64,000 bases of DNA, from assembly GCF_006345805.1 (NCBI RefSeq), contig NC_043000.1, forward strand, positions 3,162,001-3,226,000, given 5' to 3'. The stretch comes from Octopus sinensis (lineage: Eukaryota). A program made the position numbers and the translations under genes. Below the pieces are notes generated by a model. That model saw nothing but the letters and a program-made list of their open reading frames with translations. It was not told the DNA's origin and did no database searches. Of the stretch, positions 47,603 through 61,334 are shown one piece after another; within the stretch, counting starts at the first letter, position 1, and every line of letters starts with the position of its first letter.

Positions 47603-49511
47603 TATGTATGTATATGATGTGTGCATATATATATATATACATGCATACATTTATATATATATATATACATGCATACATACATACATACATATATATATAT
47701 ATATACATACACATACATGGATAGGTAAATGCATATATATATGTGGGTATATATACAGACATACATGCACACACACACACTAACCTTTACTCACAAATAC
47801 ACAATGTATGTGTGTGTGCAGGCACATTGGCCTGTGTGCATGTGCACATGTGTGTGTGTAGAATATGCCAGATATATTTCAGAAAAGCATAATATATTCC
47901 ATAATCTGGGTCTGTTTATATGAGTATTTCTGTATTGCTTGATAATCTGATAAACATTAAAGGTTGTAGTGGTGCCTTGTTGCACACAAATGGTACCAGT
48001 GAAATACTGTATGATGAAAACAACACCTTACTCACCGCCAAAAAAAAAATACATATTAATGATAATTATAATAACAATAAAACCATTATCAAACTCTAAA
48101 GAAATAAATATAAAATTTTCCTTTTTTAAAAAATGTAAAATGCAAAACTAGTAAAAGCTAACAAATTAAGATCATTTATATTTCTATGAAAGGAAATAAT
48201 TATCGTAACACTGGAAATATTCAGATCATATTTATTTTTTGATGAAATAAAATTAGTAGAATTTCATTTTTTTTTTTTGAATGTGTGTGTATGTGTACGT
48301 GTTTCTTCTTAGTAAACTCTCTTTAGATATATAGAAATAGATATCTTTATTCTCTTGTGAATCAAAAACCAAATTTATGAAAGAATGGAATTCATTTTTT
48401 TTTTCTGAAATCGTATTTTGTTGTTATATTTTTAATTATATATACATATATATATTTATTTTTTGTTGTCTTTTTGGAGGTGCAGGTTTGGGGGAGGGAT
48501 GGGTAAATTATGGAGGTGTTTAGCCAAAAATAAACCTGGCCAGGATGGGAAAGGGCAAAGACAGAATTGAATCATAGAAAGTAGAATTCAAAATGTCCTA
48601 CACCTCTTTTTTGCTACCTTGGCCTTGGCAAACCTCAATTAAGATAGTAGATTGATAATTAATGATGATGTGTTAATGACAATAATAATAATAAAATCAG
48701 AGGATTTTGTCACCAACTTCCGCCTTCCAAACCAAAGCAATAACTAAAGCATGTCATCTTTTCTTTGAGGACGGGTATGGGCGGGTACAATGGTTTTTTT
48801 TTTCTATGTAAATAAAATATCTATTGTAATCACAGGAATTATCAGTAGTAGTAGTAATAATGGTAGTAGTAGTAGTAGTAGTAGTTGTTGTGGCTGGTAG
48901 AATCAATAGAGTGGCGGACAGGTGAACTGTGACTAAAATACCTTGTGGTATTTATTTATCTTTATATTCTGAGTTTTAAAATTTTTTTTTTGCTTTTTAT
49001 CCCCTCCCACTGCATGGTGGTGATTAAATAGGTACCACTCATATAATGGGATTGATTTTATAGATTATACATCCCCTACAAATTTCAGGCCTTGCACCAA
49101 TTTAAGAACTATAATGGTTATCGATATTATTATTATTATTATTATTACTAGTAGTAATAATAGCAGTAGTAATTCTTAATAATATTAGTAGTAACAGGAG
49201 TTATAACGTAAATCATAATGGCAGCAGCAATAGTTTTCATAGTAGTAGTTGTGGTTATAGTAGCACAATGGCTGTGGTGGTGCTGGTGGTGATGGTCATG
49301 TTACCAGCAAACAGAACTAACATTTATAAAAAATAAAAAAGTCTTTTTTTTTCTTTCTTTATAACAATGTTATGATAATCATAATTAAATGCTCATTTCT
49401 CTTTGTCTTTCTGTTCATTTCTCCTGCCCTCTCCCCCTCTATCCCTGTCTCTTTCTCTCTCTTCCTCTTTCTCTTTTCTGACTCTCTCTATTTCTAGCTC
49501 CTGACTTTTTC

Positions 49512-49542
<31 letters not shown>

Positions 49543-49732
49543 ACTTATTTACATTCACTTCAGCAATATTTCAGAAAACATTTTACAGAGTATGTAGTTT
49601 AAATGCCAATTGTAGTTAGTATAGAAAGTAGTATCAGTACATATATATATACATATATATATATACATTACAATAACATACATTTCATACATATATACAT
49701 CATACATATATATATATGCATGTGTGCATGTA

Positions 49733-49790
<58 letters not shown>

Positions 49791-50233
49791 TATATGTACT
49801 GATGGATGTATATAGTCAATAACAAACAGCAGTGTTTTCAAAAATTGTCTTGTATTTTTTCTACTCGATTAGATCCATTTTGGAAGATTTCTTCTCTGCA
49901 ATGCTCATAGAGTTACACACATTTATGAGCAGACGTACATACATGCATACATACAAACACACAATCTGCATATATATATATATATATATATATGTCAGCA
50001 TGTATACATGCATACACCTACACATACATATAATTATTGAGTGCTGTGAAGTGGCAAGGAAGATATATTTGAAACATTTTGATGTATATATTCTATAACT
50101 ATTTTATCTTGAATTTGGTATCTGATACGACAATAAAATTCAGTCTTCATTATCCACAATCAACATCACAGACACATATACACACATTTATGCAACACAC
50201 AAACACACATACATATTTATATATATGTATGTG

Positions 50234-50305
<72 letters not shown>

Positions 50306-50609
50306 GAGACACACAGGCATACATATCTATATTTGCATATATGTTTCAAGTGACAAACTGTTGATGTGATTTCCTTAAAACAATTCCTGCTAACGATACT
50401 TATGAAACATCATTCTAACACATGGTGAACAATGATATCCTTTGTCAGATCAACAAAGGACTTTCTTTAGATGGAAATTTCATTAAAAGAATGGATTAAA
50501 TGAACACATACCTGTGTTTGTGTTTGCATGTGTGTTTGTGTGCTTGTATACATATATACATATATATATATATACATATATATATATACATATATATATA
50601 TACATATAT

Positions 50610-50649
<40 letters not shown>

Positions 50650-50807
50650 TATAATAGATGTATGCGTATAAATATATGTACCTATATACATGTAAACATA
50701 CATACACATACACACACACACATATATGTGTGTATAGTGTGTATGAATGTATGTATGCATGCATATATATATACACATACACACACATATATATATACAT
50801 ATATAGC

Positions 50808-50888
<81 letters not shown>

Positions 50889-50892
50889 GATA

Positions 50893-50935
<43 letters not shown>

Positions 50936-51888
50936 TATATATTAGATATATAATATATATACTATATATATATATATATATATGATGTAAGATACCTGAG
51001 AGTTTCTTGATCTCATAGCAACAAAGAGTTCTTCAAAAATTATGCTGAAAGAGTTCCTTAATGTTTTGACAAAAAAAAAAAACTTTGCCAAAACTCACAC
51101 ATGAAGTTGCTATGAAGTTATTTTTTATTTTTAAATTTTTTTTTATTTAATGTTTTAGCCATAATGTTGTATGCTAATGTACAGACATTTTTTTATTTAT
51201 TTATATATTTTTTTTCCAATTCTTACTGAAGTCAACCTACTGCTGTACTGTAACAATGTATGATTGCTAGTTATTGCACCCTCTTTCACGATTGATTTTA
51301 GTCTTTTGACAACGTTCTTTCCTAAAGCATTCTTTCCCTTCTTCTTAAAAAAATAAATGATATCCATACATGAGATCCTCCCTACCAATGTAGTCTATAT
51401 TTATTGGAATCAATCAGACCCTTTTTTTTTTTTTGATCTGCCAATGAATTTCCAATAATATAAAATATCAATACCCCAACTAGCCTGGATTCTTTTTCAC
51501 TCACAACCACAACAAAGGATATGGATGAAACTGTGGACTGAAATGAATCAAGCTATGTACCATACATGCATACATAAGATTAGATTTAATGGCAAATATT
51601 GTTAGCATATGCAAATATATATATTTTTAGATTTTCAGCTATTAGTTGAATTATATATATATATATACATATACACACACACACATATATATATGTATGT
51701 ATATATTCAGTTTGTACCCTGTATCTTATATTGAGTACTTTTCCTCTTGGTGTTATAAACAAAATATACATATATTATATGTATATATTTATGAATGTGT
51801 GTCTGCATATGTATGCATGTATGCTTGTGTATTTGTATATATTATGTAATGTATGTTTGTTGTATATTATATATATATATATATATAT

Positions 51889-51922
<34 letters not shown>

Positions 51923-53011
51923 TGTATATATGTATGCATGTATGCATGTATGTACATAAGTATGTGTACATGCATGTATATAGGTGCTAAAATATTTGGC
52001 ACAAAAAAAACAACTTCAACAACATAAAATGCCTGATGAATTTATGGGTAGGCAAACCCTGAGTTGAAAAATCAAAAATGGAAAGAAAAACCCCAATATT
52101 TACTAACAACAATTCAGTGCAATCATCAACAATAACAACAGCAATAAAAAAACAACAATCAATAACATATATAAAAAAAAATATGAATTGTGTATTACAA
52201 GCTAAACGTGGGGTTCCAATTTGTGGAACCGCTTCAAGAAAAAGTTGATAAACAAGGATGAGCTTGTATTTTGTTGCTAATCTATCAAACAACCCTTCTT
52301 ATAAAAAGCCAATAGCAATAATTCTTTTCATTGCACTCAGAACTTAGCATGATTTTGAAAGTTCTCTTGTCCACATGACTATTGCTGATGTCATGGTGTC
52401 ATTAAATTGATGAAACTTACATAAGTTCTGAGTTGCAACTAAAAACATATTATAATCACACAACTTATATTTCACTCTTAACTGGATTAGTAACTGATCC
52501 AGCTCTATAGTATTAATACAATCTTGGGTAATTTCAACATAAGATATAACATATCATAAAAGCCTTTTGATTAGACAAGAGGAAATCCTAACAAATCGCT
52601 ATGTCATAATGTAATTTTTTTGTAATATATATTATGATAACAATTGGTTACTGAAGAAACCGAATAATCTAAATAAATTTATGCTGTAGATGTTATTGTT
52701 CCTCTATATTTGTAATATAATGTCCTATTTCACAAAGTGGTGGCTGCTATACCACTGTAAGACTATACCACTAATTTACTGCTGAAGTGTTAATATATGT
52801 ATGTGTATGTATTTGTTTACATATGCCCACATGGTGTTGACATATGTGTATATATGTGTGTGTGTGTGTGTGTATGTATCTACTCAATTATAAATGAAGA
52901 TATATATTTGCATAGTATAATATATGTTGATATATACATATATATTTATATTGTGTGTTGATATATATGCAATATATATATTATATATATATATGTATAT
53001 ATATGTATATA

Positions 53012-53064
<53 letters not shown>

Positions 53065-53083
53065 CATATAAATTATAAATTGA

Positions 53084-53132
<49 letters not shown>

Positions 53133-53168
53133 ATATATATAATATATATATATATATATGTAATATAG

Positions 53169-53234
<66 letters not shown>

Positions 53235-53413
53235 TATATATATATATATATGTAATACAGGTATGGAGACTTACACCTCAGGACTTCAAGTTTCTGTTCA
53301 ACGGTAATCAGCACACCTTTTCAACTGTCAGTTTGTCATATATATATATAATATATATATATATTATATATATATATGCAATGTGTGTTTGTGTGTGTAT
53401 GTGTGTGTAAGTA

Positions 53414-53452
<39 letters not shown>

Positions 53453-54361
53453 TATATATATAATATATATATTCACACATACACAAACACAATGTACACA
53501 TATAAATATGAACACATATTACATGGTGCAAAAATTTTTGAATATATGTATGTCTACACTTGTTTAAAATGTAAGTAGATACCTATGTAGTGTTTATATT
53601 TGAGTATATTCTATGCAGTATATAAACATATAAATGTGTACATATAATTTCTACAGTTGAGTATAAGTCTTCAGTATCTAAACACAGATGTATGCCTACA
53701 TAGTATAAATGTGGTTATACATATATAAGTGTATGTGTGTATATACAAATACACATGCACACACACACACACACACACACTCGTACACACACACACATAA
53801 CACATACATACAAGCATATAAATATACATGCATATACATACATATAACATATATATGTGTACACGTGTGTGTGAATATAATATATATATAATGTATATGT
53901 TATGTATGTGTGTATATTATTATATAGAATAATAAAATATATATAACATATATATGTAGTATATATACATCTATATATATGTATGTATAATATATATATA
54001 TATATCATATAATATATAATATTATATATATATAATATATAATAATATATTATATATATATGTATATATATATACACACACACACACCAACACATACATA
54101 TATATGCACAGTATCTAGATGTTGATATATCACCACATAGTATGTGGTTAAATGTGGTTATATGTACCAACATATTGTATGCCTCAACATCATGTTTAGA
54201 TATAAGTATGTCTGTGTGTACACAAGCTAGGTGGATAGAGAGGATATATAGAGGTGTGTATGTGAAATATATAGACAACTTGTTTAGTAATTGGTTGTAT
54301 GAAGTCTGTTAGTGAAGACTACTTTCTATCTGAATTGATGTCCAATAAACACATTGTGGAA

Positions 54362-54408
54362 GCACTCCGTCGGTTACGACGATGAGGGTTCCGGTTGATC
54401 TGAATCAC
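54362..54408 (-). mobile_element. Isolated SINE tail T2 fragment
   Basis: Reverse complement gatcaaccggaaccctcatcgtcgtaaccgacggagtgc matches the tail of 16821-17137. Confidence 0.6.
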
Positions 54409-55431
54409 ATGGTACTGTGTGTGAGAATAAACACAGAATCAGTGATGAGAAACAGTGTTTGTTCATCTTAGACTTTAGGTATTTATTCTTCTTCTTACAA
54501 TCACAATAGTTTGACCAATTAGAATTGTAATTTTAATTTTAGAAAACAGTTTTCTTCACAACAACAACAACAGCTCCTGAAAAAAAGATGTCAAAAAAAT
54601 ATATCAATACAATATTAGTTTGGAAAAAGTGAAACAAACGAGAAAAAAAAATGAAAAAGGAAAAAAAAAAATGACTGAAATTTTATGGAAAACAAAAATG
54701 AAAAAAAAATCAATCAAATAAATCTAACAAGAAGGACAAATAAACAAATAATAAACAAAAAGATACAATTGAATAAATGCAAAAATAAAAAATAAAAGCA
54801 GCCAAAAATGTCACAGGTGACTTACAGGCAAGACATTAGTTGTTAAAGATGTAAGATGTATGTGCAGCAGTGATTAATCTGCAATTCTTGTTACATCAAG
54901 ATGGAGATACCAGATGAAAAATTATAAACAAATATATTTGGTTTTAAGGATGGCAAAGAATGTCAAAGTTAGACCTGCATCGTTACTGTGGCCTGACTGT
55001 CGTCTTCTTTTTTTTCTTTTTTCTTTTTTTTTTTTTCCGGCAGCAACTGTTTGTTCGTTGCTCAGTTTGTGGTTGATTCAGAAATTATTTGGTGAAGACT
55101 TCATACTATTTGAAGTCATTATAAAAACTCATGTGCAATAATGTCTTTCTTTAATTTCAGTATTATAATAAATATCAATCCGTCTTGTTTTTTCCTCTGA
55201 GTTGATTTTCATTTGAATTACTTTGAAAATCTCAAAATTTATGCTCATCTTTGTATTTGCACCGTCTTTTATATTTTGCTTGTTTCACTTATTGGACTGT
55301 AACCATGCTTGAAGTGCTTAGCAAGGCAAATGAACCACAATACTTATATATAATATATATATATATAACCCATGCTAGCATGGAAAACGGATGCTAAACG
55401 ATGATGATGATATATATATATATATATATAT

Positions 55432-56458
55432 TGTTAGGGACCTCCAACGAAAGCTGTTACGGAATCCCACCTGCCGTCGCTCGAACTCGCCAACCCGGGA
55501 TCCCAACAAATCGAGTGACGACGATTGACCAGGCTCGAATCGATTGGCGAGTGTTCGCCACGGAACCCAGAGAGGAGAGAGACAACAACTACAACAACAG
55601 CTGCAAGAAGAGACACAGAGGCAACCGAGAGAGATACAAAGAAGGCAATTGGCTCACATTTAACGTACTAGTTTATAACACTTAATAATTGTTACAACAT
55701 CAATTACATATCAGATACATCAAATACAATAACAACAGCATTTAAAGAGTACACGTCGAATTAAACAACAAGTCAATACATTATACAGTCCGGAGACAAC
55801 AGTTCTGTTTCAAATCACATTAACGTTACAGTTCAAAGGACATTAAAGGCATATACAGTTCAATGTTCATTACACAGTTCTCTTTTGCCTTAACAGTTCT
55901 GTAACACATATCAACACAGTTCACATTGTTCTTTTTACTGTCGCATTTCTTTTACATTTCAATACATCGATTCTTTTTCCTTCTTTTTCTTCACATATCA
56001 ATACAACAATTCACGTACCGTTCAGTTCCTACTATAACAGCCAATGTCTCATATTGTACCCCATCTCTCTTAGTGCTGCTAAATCCAACCGCTCGCCCTG
56101 ACTCCCAAATACCGACTGCCAAAACCTCACTTGCTCTGTCCTCCTGCCTCGTCACTACCCCAATCTCTCTCTGCTAGAACTCCCTCAGTTCCTTAATCTG
56201 TCTTCCTCTTTCACATTCTCTATCATTCTCTCGCTTGTCAGCTCCTCAGATTCCTTAATCTGTCTTCCTCAGCCCTCAACATTTCTCTCACTGTCTCTCA
56301 CAAACTGAACTCTAATTCACCTGACAGGGCCAAAGGTCCCCTAAAAGCCATCACTCTTCCGTGAACAAAGGACTATAACTTTGTATTGCAGACTTTCAGT
56401 CTCCAAGCCAGCAAAGTAGGTCGCAGCCAACTGTCCTTAGATTGAACCATTCATAGCA
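55432..56458. mobile_element. Candidate solo LTR (~1.03 kb)
   Basis: Begins TGttag and ends atagCA, sits in (TA)n with ATAT on both sides, is CpG-rich relative to the flanks and has no coding capacity. Confidence 0.55.
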
Positions 56459-56475
56459 ATATATATATATATATG

Positions 56476-56846
56476 GAAAAAAGTCAGGATAGAAAATGCT
56501 AAAAAAATTTTATAAAAAACATTTCAGTACCGGTTTCAGTCATTGAGACTTTTTCAACTGTAACAATTAAAAGAAAAGATTTTTTTAAAAGAATATTTGT
56601 ATAGTGTTCAAATACAAGGGGCATTTTTCTTGTTTCTGCCTGTCTCTCTCGAACCATAAGAGTAACAAGAGAGACAGAGACAGGCAGAAACAAGGAAAAT
56701 GCCCCTTGTATTTGAACACTATACAAATATTCTTTTAAAAAAATCTTTTCTTTTAATTGTTACAGTTGAAAAAGTCTCAATGACTGAAACCGGTACTGAA
56801 ATGTTTTTTATAAAATTATTTTAGTATTTTCTATCTTGACTTTTTT
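56476..56846. repeat. Long palindrome or MITE (~170-bp arms)
   Basis: 56476-56648 is the near-perfect reverse complement of 56677-56846, with TA-rich flanks. Confidence 0.9.
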
Positions 56847-56903
56847 TTTGCATATATATCAACTCGTGTGTTCCTTTTCATCCTTATACATGTATATATG
56901 TGC

Positions 56904-56948
<45 letters not shown>

Positions 56949-57150
56949 ACAAGATAAGGGCAAAAGAAAAATTTTAATGCCAAATATGCCGAAAAAAGAC
57001 AAAAATTGTCAATAACCATTATAATTTATGCATCTCGTTCTTTTACCCTTACCTTGTAAATTATTTATAAATTTAACCTTTAAAGGTATTTTTTGATATG
57101 CTGGCCATTGATAAAATTTTTTTCCCGAAAAAATTTTATCCTACATTAGT

Positions 57151-57190
<40 letters not shown>

Positions 57191-57204
57191 ATATATATAA
57201 TATT

Positions 57205-57349
57205 TGTTGTGTCTGGGGAGAGTCATTTTCTTTTTGTGCCTTATAATGTAACACACTCACCGGTAAAATTTCCACTTTTTTCTTATTTTTATTTTCCTAA
57301 AATTACATTATAAAGCACAAAAAGAAAATGACTCTCCCCAGACACAACA
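57205..57349. repeat. Inverted repeat (47-bp arms, ~50-nt spacer)
   Basis: tgttgtgtctggggagagtcattttctttttgtgccttataatgtaa pairs with ttacattataaagcacaaaaagaaaatgactctccccagacacaaca. Confidence 0.8.
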
Positions 57350-57407
57350 GAATATGCTTCAACACACGAACTCAAATATAGAATCTTGCAAACCAAATCC
57401 CAAAATG

Positions 57408-57456
<49 letters not shown>

Positions 57457-57524
57457 CAAACACACAACATACGCAAGGTGTGTGTATTGTTAGTTTATCA
57501 AGTGTGCTGCATTTTTTTGAGATG

Positions 57525-57748
57525 TAAGAGAATATATTTTCAATGCCCCTGGTGTAAAACACCTGAAAGTAAGTCATAGACAAGTGAGACAACTCACATG
57601 AAATCCCTTTTTTACGGAGCGACAGCCATCAATGTTCCATCATTGTTTTGACTTATCAATGCCATCCTGAAAAAAAAAGGGGTTTGATGTGAGTTGTCTC
57701 TCTTGTCTATGACTTCCTTTCAAGGAGCATTGAGACTATATTCTCTTA
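57525..57748. repeat. Older inverted repeat (~80-bp arms with an indel)
   Basis: gaaagtaagtcatagacaagtgagacaactcacatgaaatccc pairs with gggtttgatgtgagttgtctctcttgtctatgacttcctttc, and outer taagagaatat with atattctctta. Confidence 0.7.
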
Positions 57749-57911
57749 TGCCCCCTCCCCCTCCCCCCCCAAATGCAGTTGTCCAATGAACTAACAACAC
57801 ACAAACCTTGTGTATGTGTGTTTTATTTTGTTTATATACCATGAGCTGCTTCTAATTCATATTTGAATTTAGATGTATTAATATATATATATGTGTGTGT
57901 GTGTACATATA

Positions 57912-58450
57912 CAGGGTGTGTAAGATATTTGAGGACAAATTTATGTTTATAAAAACCAGATATATGATAACAAGTAATAACTTTATTTATCAAAAAGATA
58001 ATATGAGGATAAAAATAAACCTTCTTTTCTAAAATGTTATTCAATAAAGCCACCTTCAGCTTCAACAACTGCTTCTATATAAGATCTAAATCATCTACAT
58101 GCTCAAATCAAGTGATCCTGGTTCATTTTGGACATTACTCTGACTATGGCAGCTTTCAAAGAATCTTTGGTGTTATGGGTGTGTTCATTGACCTCTCTCT
58201 CAACAATGCTCTACATGTGATAATCCAATGGATTGAGATCTGGGGAATTAGGAAGCCAAATGTTATGGGTTATATGATCATGCAATTTTCAGCTATCCAT
58301 TCCAGTATTAGTAGAGCCATGTTTTAATAGTGCAGAGTCGTACTGAGGCACACATGGCCTTCCATTGCATACACTATCTCTCCAGGGCTTAACAATTATT
58401 TCCAGGACCTCAATGTAGGTAGCAGAGTTAACTCTAGGGCCTTGTGATGG
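57912..58450 (-). mobile_element. Tc1/mariner (DD37D/maT-like) transposon 3' end
   Basis: TA|CAGGGTG terminus at 57910-18. Minus-strand remnant RVNSATYIEVLEIIVKPW..NGRP..IWLPNSPDLNPLDY..SIVEREVNEH..KDSLKAAIVRVM..IEAVVEAEGGFIE*. Confidence 0.8.
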
Positions 58451-58456
58451 AATTAG

Positions 58457-59160
58457 TTTTCTGAGAATTTGCAGTGTTTATTGCCCCTGTGCATCTGCCG
58501 CACACCAAGGTCATCTTCCCGGTTAACCTTCCTTTGATGTTGCCGCACCTCTTATGCATCCATACCTTACACTGGGTACATCTTATGGAGTTTCTACCTA
58601 CACCTTATCTTCAGATCGAGCAGGGCCACCTATCTGTAGGGGGTTTGTGATGTGTTCGCCTTCCTACTTACTAGGACTTTGGTTTTTGCAACATTGACTC
58701 TAAGGCCCTTTGATTCTAAGCTTTGCTTCCACACCTGAAATTTCTTCTCTAGTTCTGGTAGTGATTCCACTATGAGAGCAAGGTCATCAGCATAGAGGAG
58801 CTCTCAAGGACAACCTATCTTGAATTCTTCTCTTATTGCCTGGAGGACTATGATAAATAGAAGGGGGCTGAGGACTGATTCTTGGTGAACTCCTACTTTT
58901 ACCTGGAATTCTTTGCTATACTCATTGCCTACATTTACCTTACTAACGGCATCCCTGAAAAAGGCATGTACTGCTCTTATTAACCATTCGACAATCCCTA
59001 GTTTCTGCATTGCCCACCGGATAAGGGATCAGGGGAGCTTGTCAAAGGCTTTCTCCAAGTCAGCAAAAGCCAATATAGGGGTTTATCTTTGGTTAGGCAT
59101 TTCTCCTGCAGTTGACATACCAGGAATATAGTATCAGTAGTGCTTCTGTCTGGCACAAAG
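58457..59160 (-). mobile_element. RTE LINE reverse transcriptase fragment with a Cys/His cluster
   Basis: Reads FVPDRSTTDTIFLV.QLQEK..AFADLEKAFD..GVHQESVLSPLLFIIVLQAI..LLYADDLAL..LRVNVAKTKV..PCSI*RKGVGRNSIRCTQCKVWMHKRC..CGRCTG, with frameshifts. Confidence 0.9.
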
Positions 59161-59163
59161 GCA

Positions 59164-59330
59164 TAGGCATGGCTATGTGGTAAGGAGCTTGCTTCCCAAC
59201 CACATGGTTCCAGGTTCAATTCCACTGTGTGACACCTTAGGCAAGTGTCTACTACTATAGCCCTGGGCCAACCACTGCCATGTGAGAGGATTTGATTGAT
59301 GGTAACTGAAAGAAGCCTGTTGTATACATA

Positions 59331-59364
<34 letters not shown>

Positions 59365-59600
59365 AATGTATATATAAATATATATATGTATATCTATGTG
59401 TATATGCCTTTCTGTGTTTTTCCTCCCACCACTGCTTGACAACCGGTGTTGGTGCATCTACATTCCCATAACATAGCAGTTCATCAAAAGAGACTGATAG
59501 AATAAGTACCAGGTTTTAAAAATAAGTCAATTCATTCAACTAAGAATTCGAAGCAGTGCCCCAGTATGGCCACAGTCTAATGACTGAAACAAATAAGAGA
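59164..59600 (+). mobile_element. Family-A SINE abutting the RTE fragment
   Basis: aggcatggctatgtggtaaggagc ... ccttaggcaagtgtctac ... ccccagtatggccacagtctaatgactgaaacaaataag. Confidence 0.8.
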
Positions 59601-59651
59601 TGTGTGTGCGCATGCGTGCACATGCGTGTGTGTGTGTATATATATATATAA

Positions 59652-61003
59652 AAACTGATCACGTTCCTCGAAGAAACTAACCGTCTCACTGACACACAGC
59701 ATGGCTTTCGCCCAGGAAGAAGCTGCCTTACGCAGCTGTTACAACACTACGACTGGGTACTGAAACAACTACTGGATCGCTCACAGGTGGATGTGGTATA
59801 TCTCGACTTTGCGAAGGCCTTTGACAAAGTCGACCACGGAGTGATATGTCACAAATTACTCCTGAAGGACAGAAGCCAGATGGTTGCAGCCAATGGAGCC
59901 CTCTCGGGAAAGACACCAATAGCAAGCGGGGTGCCACAGGGCACAGTCTTGGGACCCTTGCTGTTTTTGGTGGCGGCTCTGACATGCCCTTGGTAGCACA
60001 AACAACATCCCTCACTAGCTATGCTGATGACACAAAGGTAGCACAGGCAATCAAAACCCAGCTGATGCTGACCTTTTACAACAAGATCTGGATGCCATAT
60101 ACAAATGGGCTGAAGACAACACATGCAATTTAATGCTGGTAAATTTCAAGCCTTACAATATCAAGCTGTAAACACATATACATTACAAACACAACTATAC
60201 TGGTCCAGGAGGGATCGAAATCCCAGTATCGAAATCAATACGGGACCTGGGGATAGACATGAGTGACGATGCATCTTTTTCTTCACACATCGCGAAGGTG
60301 GCGACAATGTGCAGACGACTCACTGGCTGGATCCTGAGGACATTCCGGACAAGAGACTGCGAGACCATGTTGACACTATGGAGGACATTTGTCCTAAGCC
60401 GCCTGGACTACTGCTCCCAACTGTGGTCACCGCATAGTGTCAAACTAACCACAGAGCTTGAGACAATCCAAAGACATTTCACCAAGAGGATTTCCACCAT
60501 GAAAGAAAAGAACTATTGGAGAGGCTTAGGGAACTCAATTTGTACTCCTTGGAACAAGACGAGAGAGATATGCAGTGATATACATATGGAAAATCCTGGA
60601 GGGACTAGCACCAAATTTTGAATGAGAGCTGTTCCAATCCCCGTACAGGACGTCACTGTGTGGTGCCAAAGGTCCCGTCTTCCACATCCAGGGTAAGGAG
60701 CAGATACTGTAATAGCCTGGGTTTCAGGGGCCCTCAGCTGTTCAACAAACTGCCAAGAAAACTAAGAGATCTACATGATGCGGATGTGGACATTTTCAAA
60801 AAACATCTAGACAAGCTGCTTTCCGGGATCCCAGATGAACCCACTGCAAGGTACGAAGGTAACCTAAGGGCAGCAGCTCCAAACTCTCTCTTAGATCATG
60901 GCCAGCCACGGCAAACTGGACTTAGAGAGGGTAGCAACAAGGGCGGTGCCCCAGCATGGCCTCAGCCGGATGGCTGAAACAAGTAAAAGAGAGTAAAAGA
61001 GTA
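59652..61003 (+). mobile_element. 5'-truncated CR1/L2-group LINE (RT to 3' end)
   Basis: Reads QHGFRPGRSCLTQL..YLDFAKAFDKVDH..SGVPQGTVLGPLLF..YADDTKV..LSRLDYCSQLWSP..GPQLFNKLP..IPDEP..RAAAPNSL, with frameshifts and an internal deletion. The 3' end is ...gctgaaacaagtaaaagagagtaaaagagt, and both flanks are (TA)n. Confidence 0.92.
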
Positions 61004-61145
61004 TGTATATATATATATATATATCAATTAATCAATATTAGGGTAGCAAAAAATTCAATAGAAATTATTTTGCCACCAGCAGTCTAGTGAGAAAGAGGAA
61101 ATAGTCAGAGACTATTAATAATTCAAACAACAACAATTGTTGTTA

Positions 61146-61201
<56 letters not shown>

Positions 61202-61244
61202 CTATATATATATAATATATATATACATATATATATAATATATA

Positions 61245-61287
<43 letters not shown>

Positions 61288-61334
61288 ATATATATATACT
61301 ATATATATATATATGCATACATATACATGTATAT

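Noticed and set aside
52421-52438. 18-nt minus-strand microexon (tttttAG ... GTAAGT)
   Set aside because: Splice-like dinucleotide pairs are expected by chance in AT-rich DNA, and there is no linking evidence to other exons.
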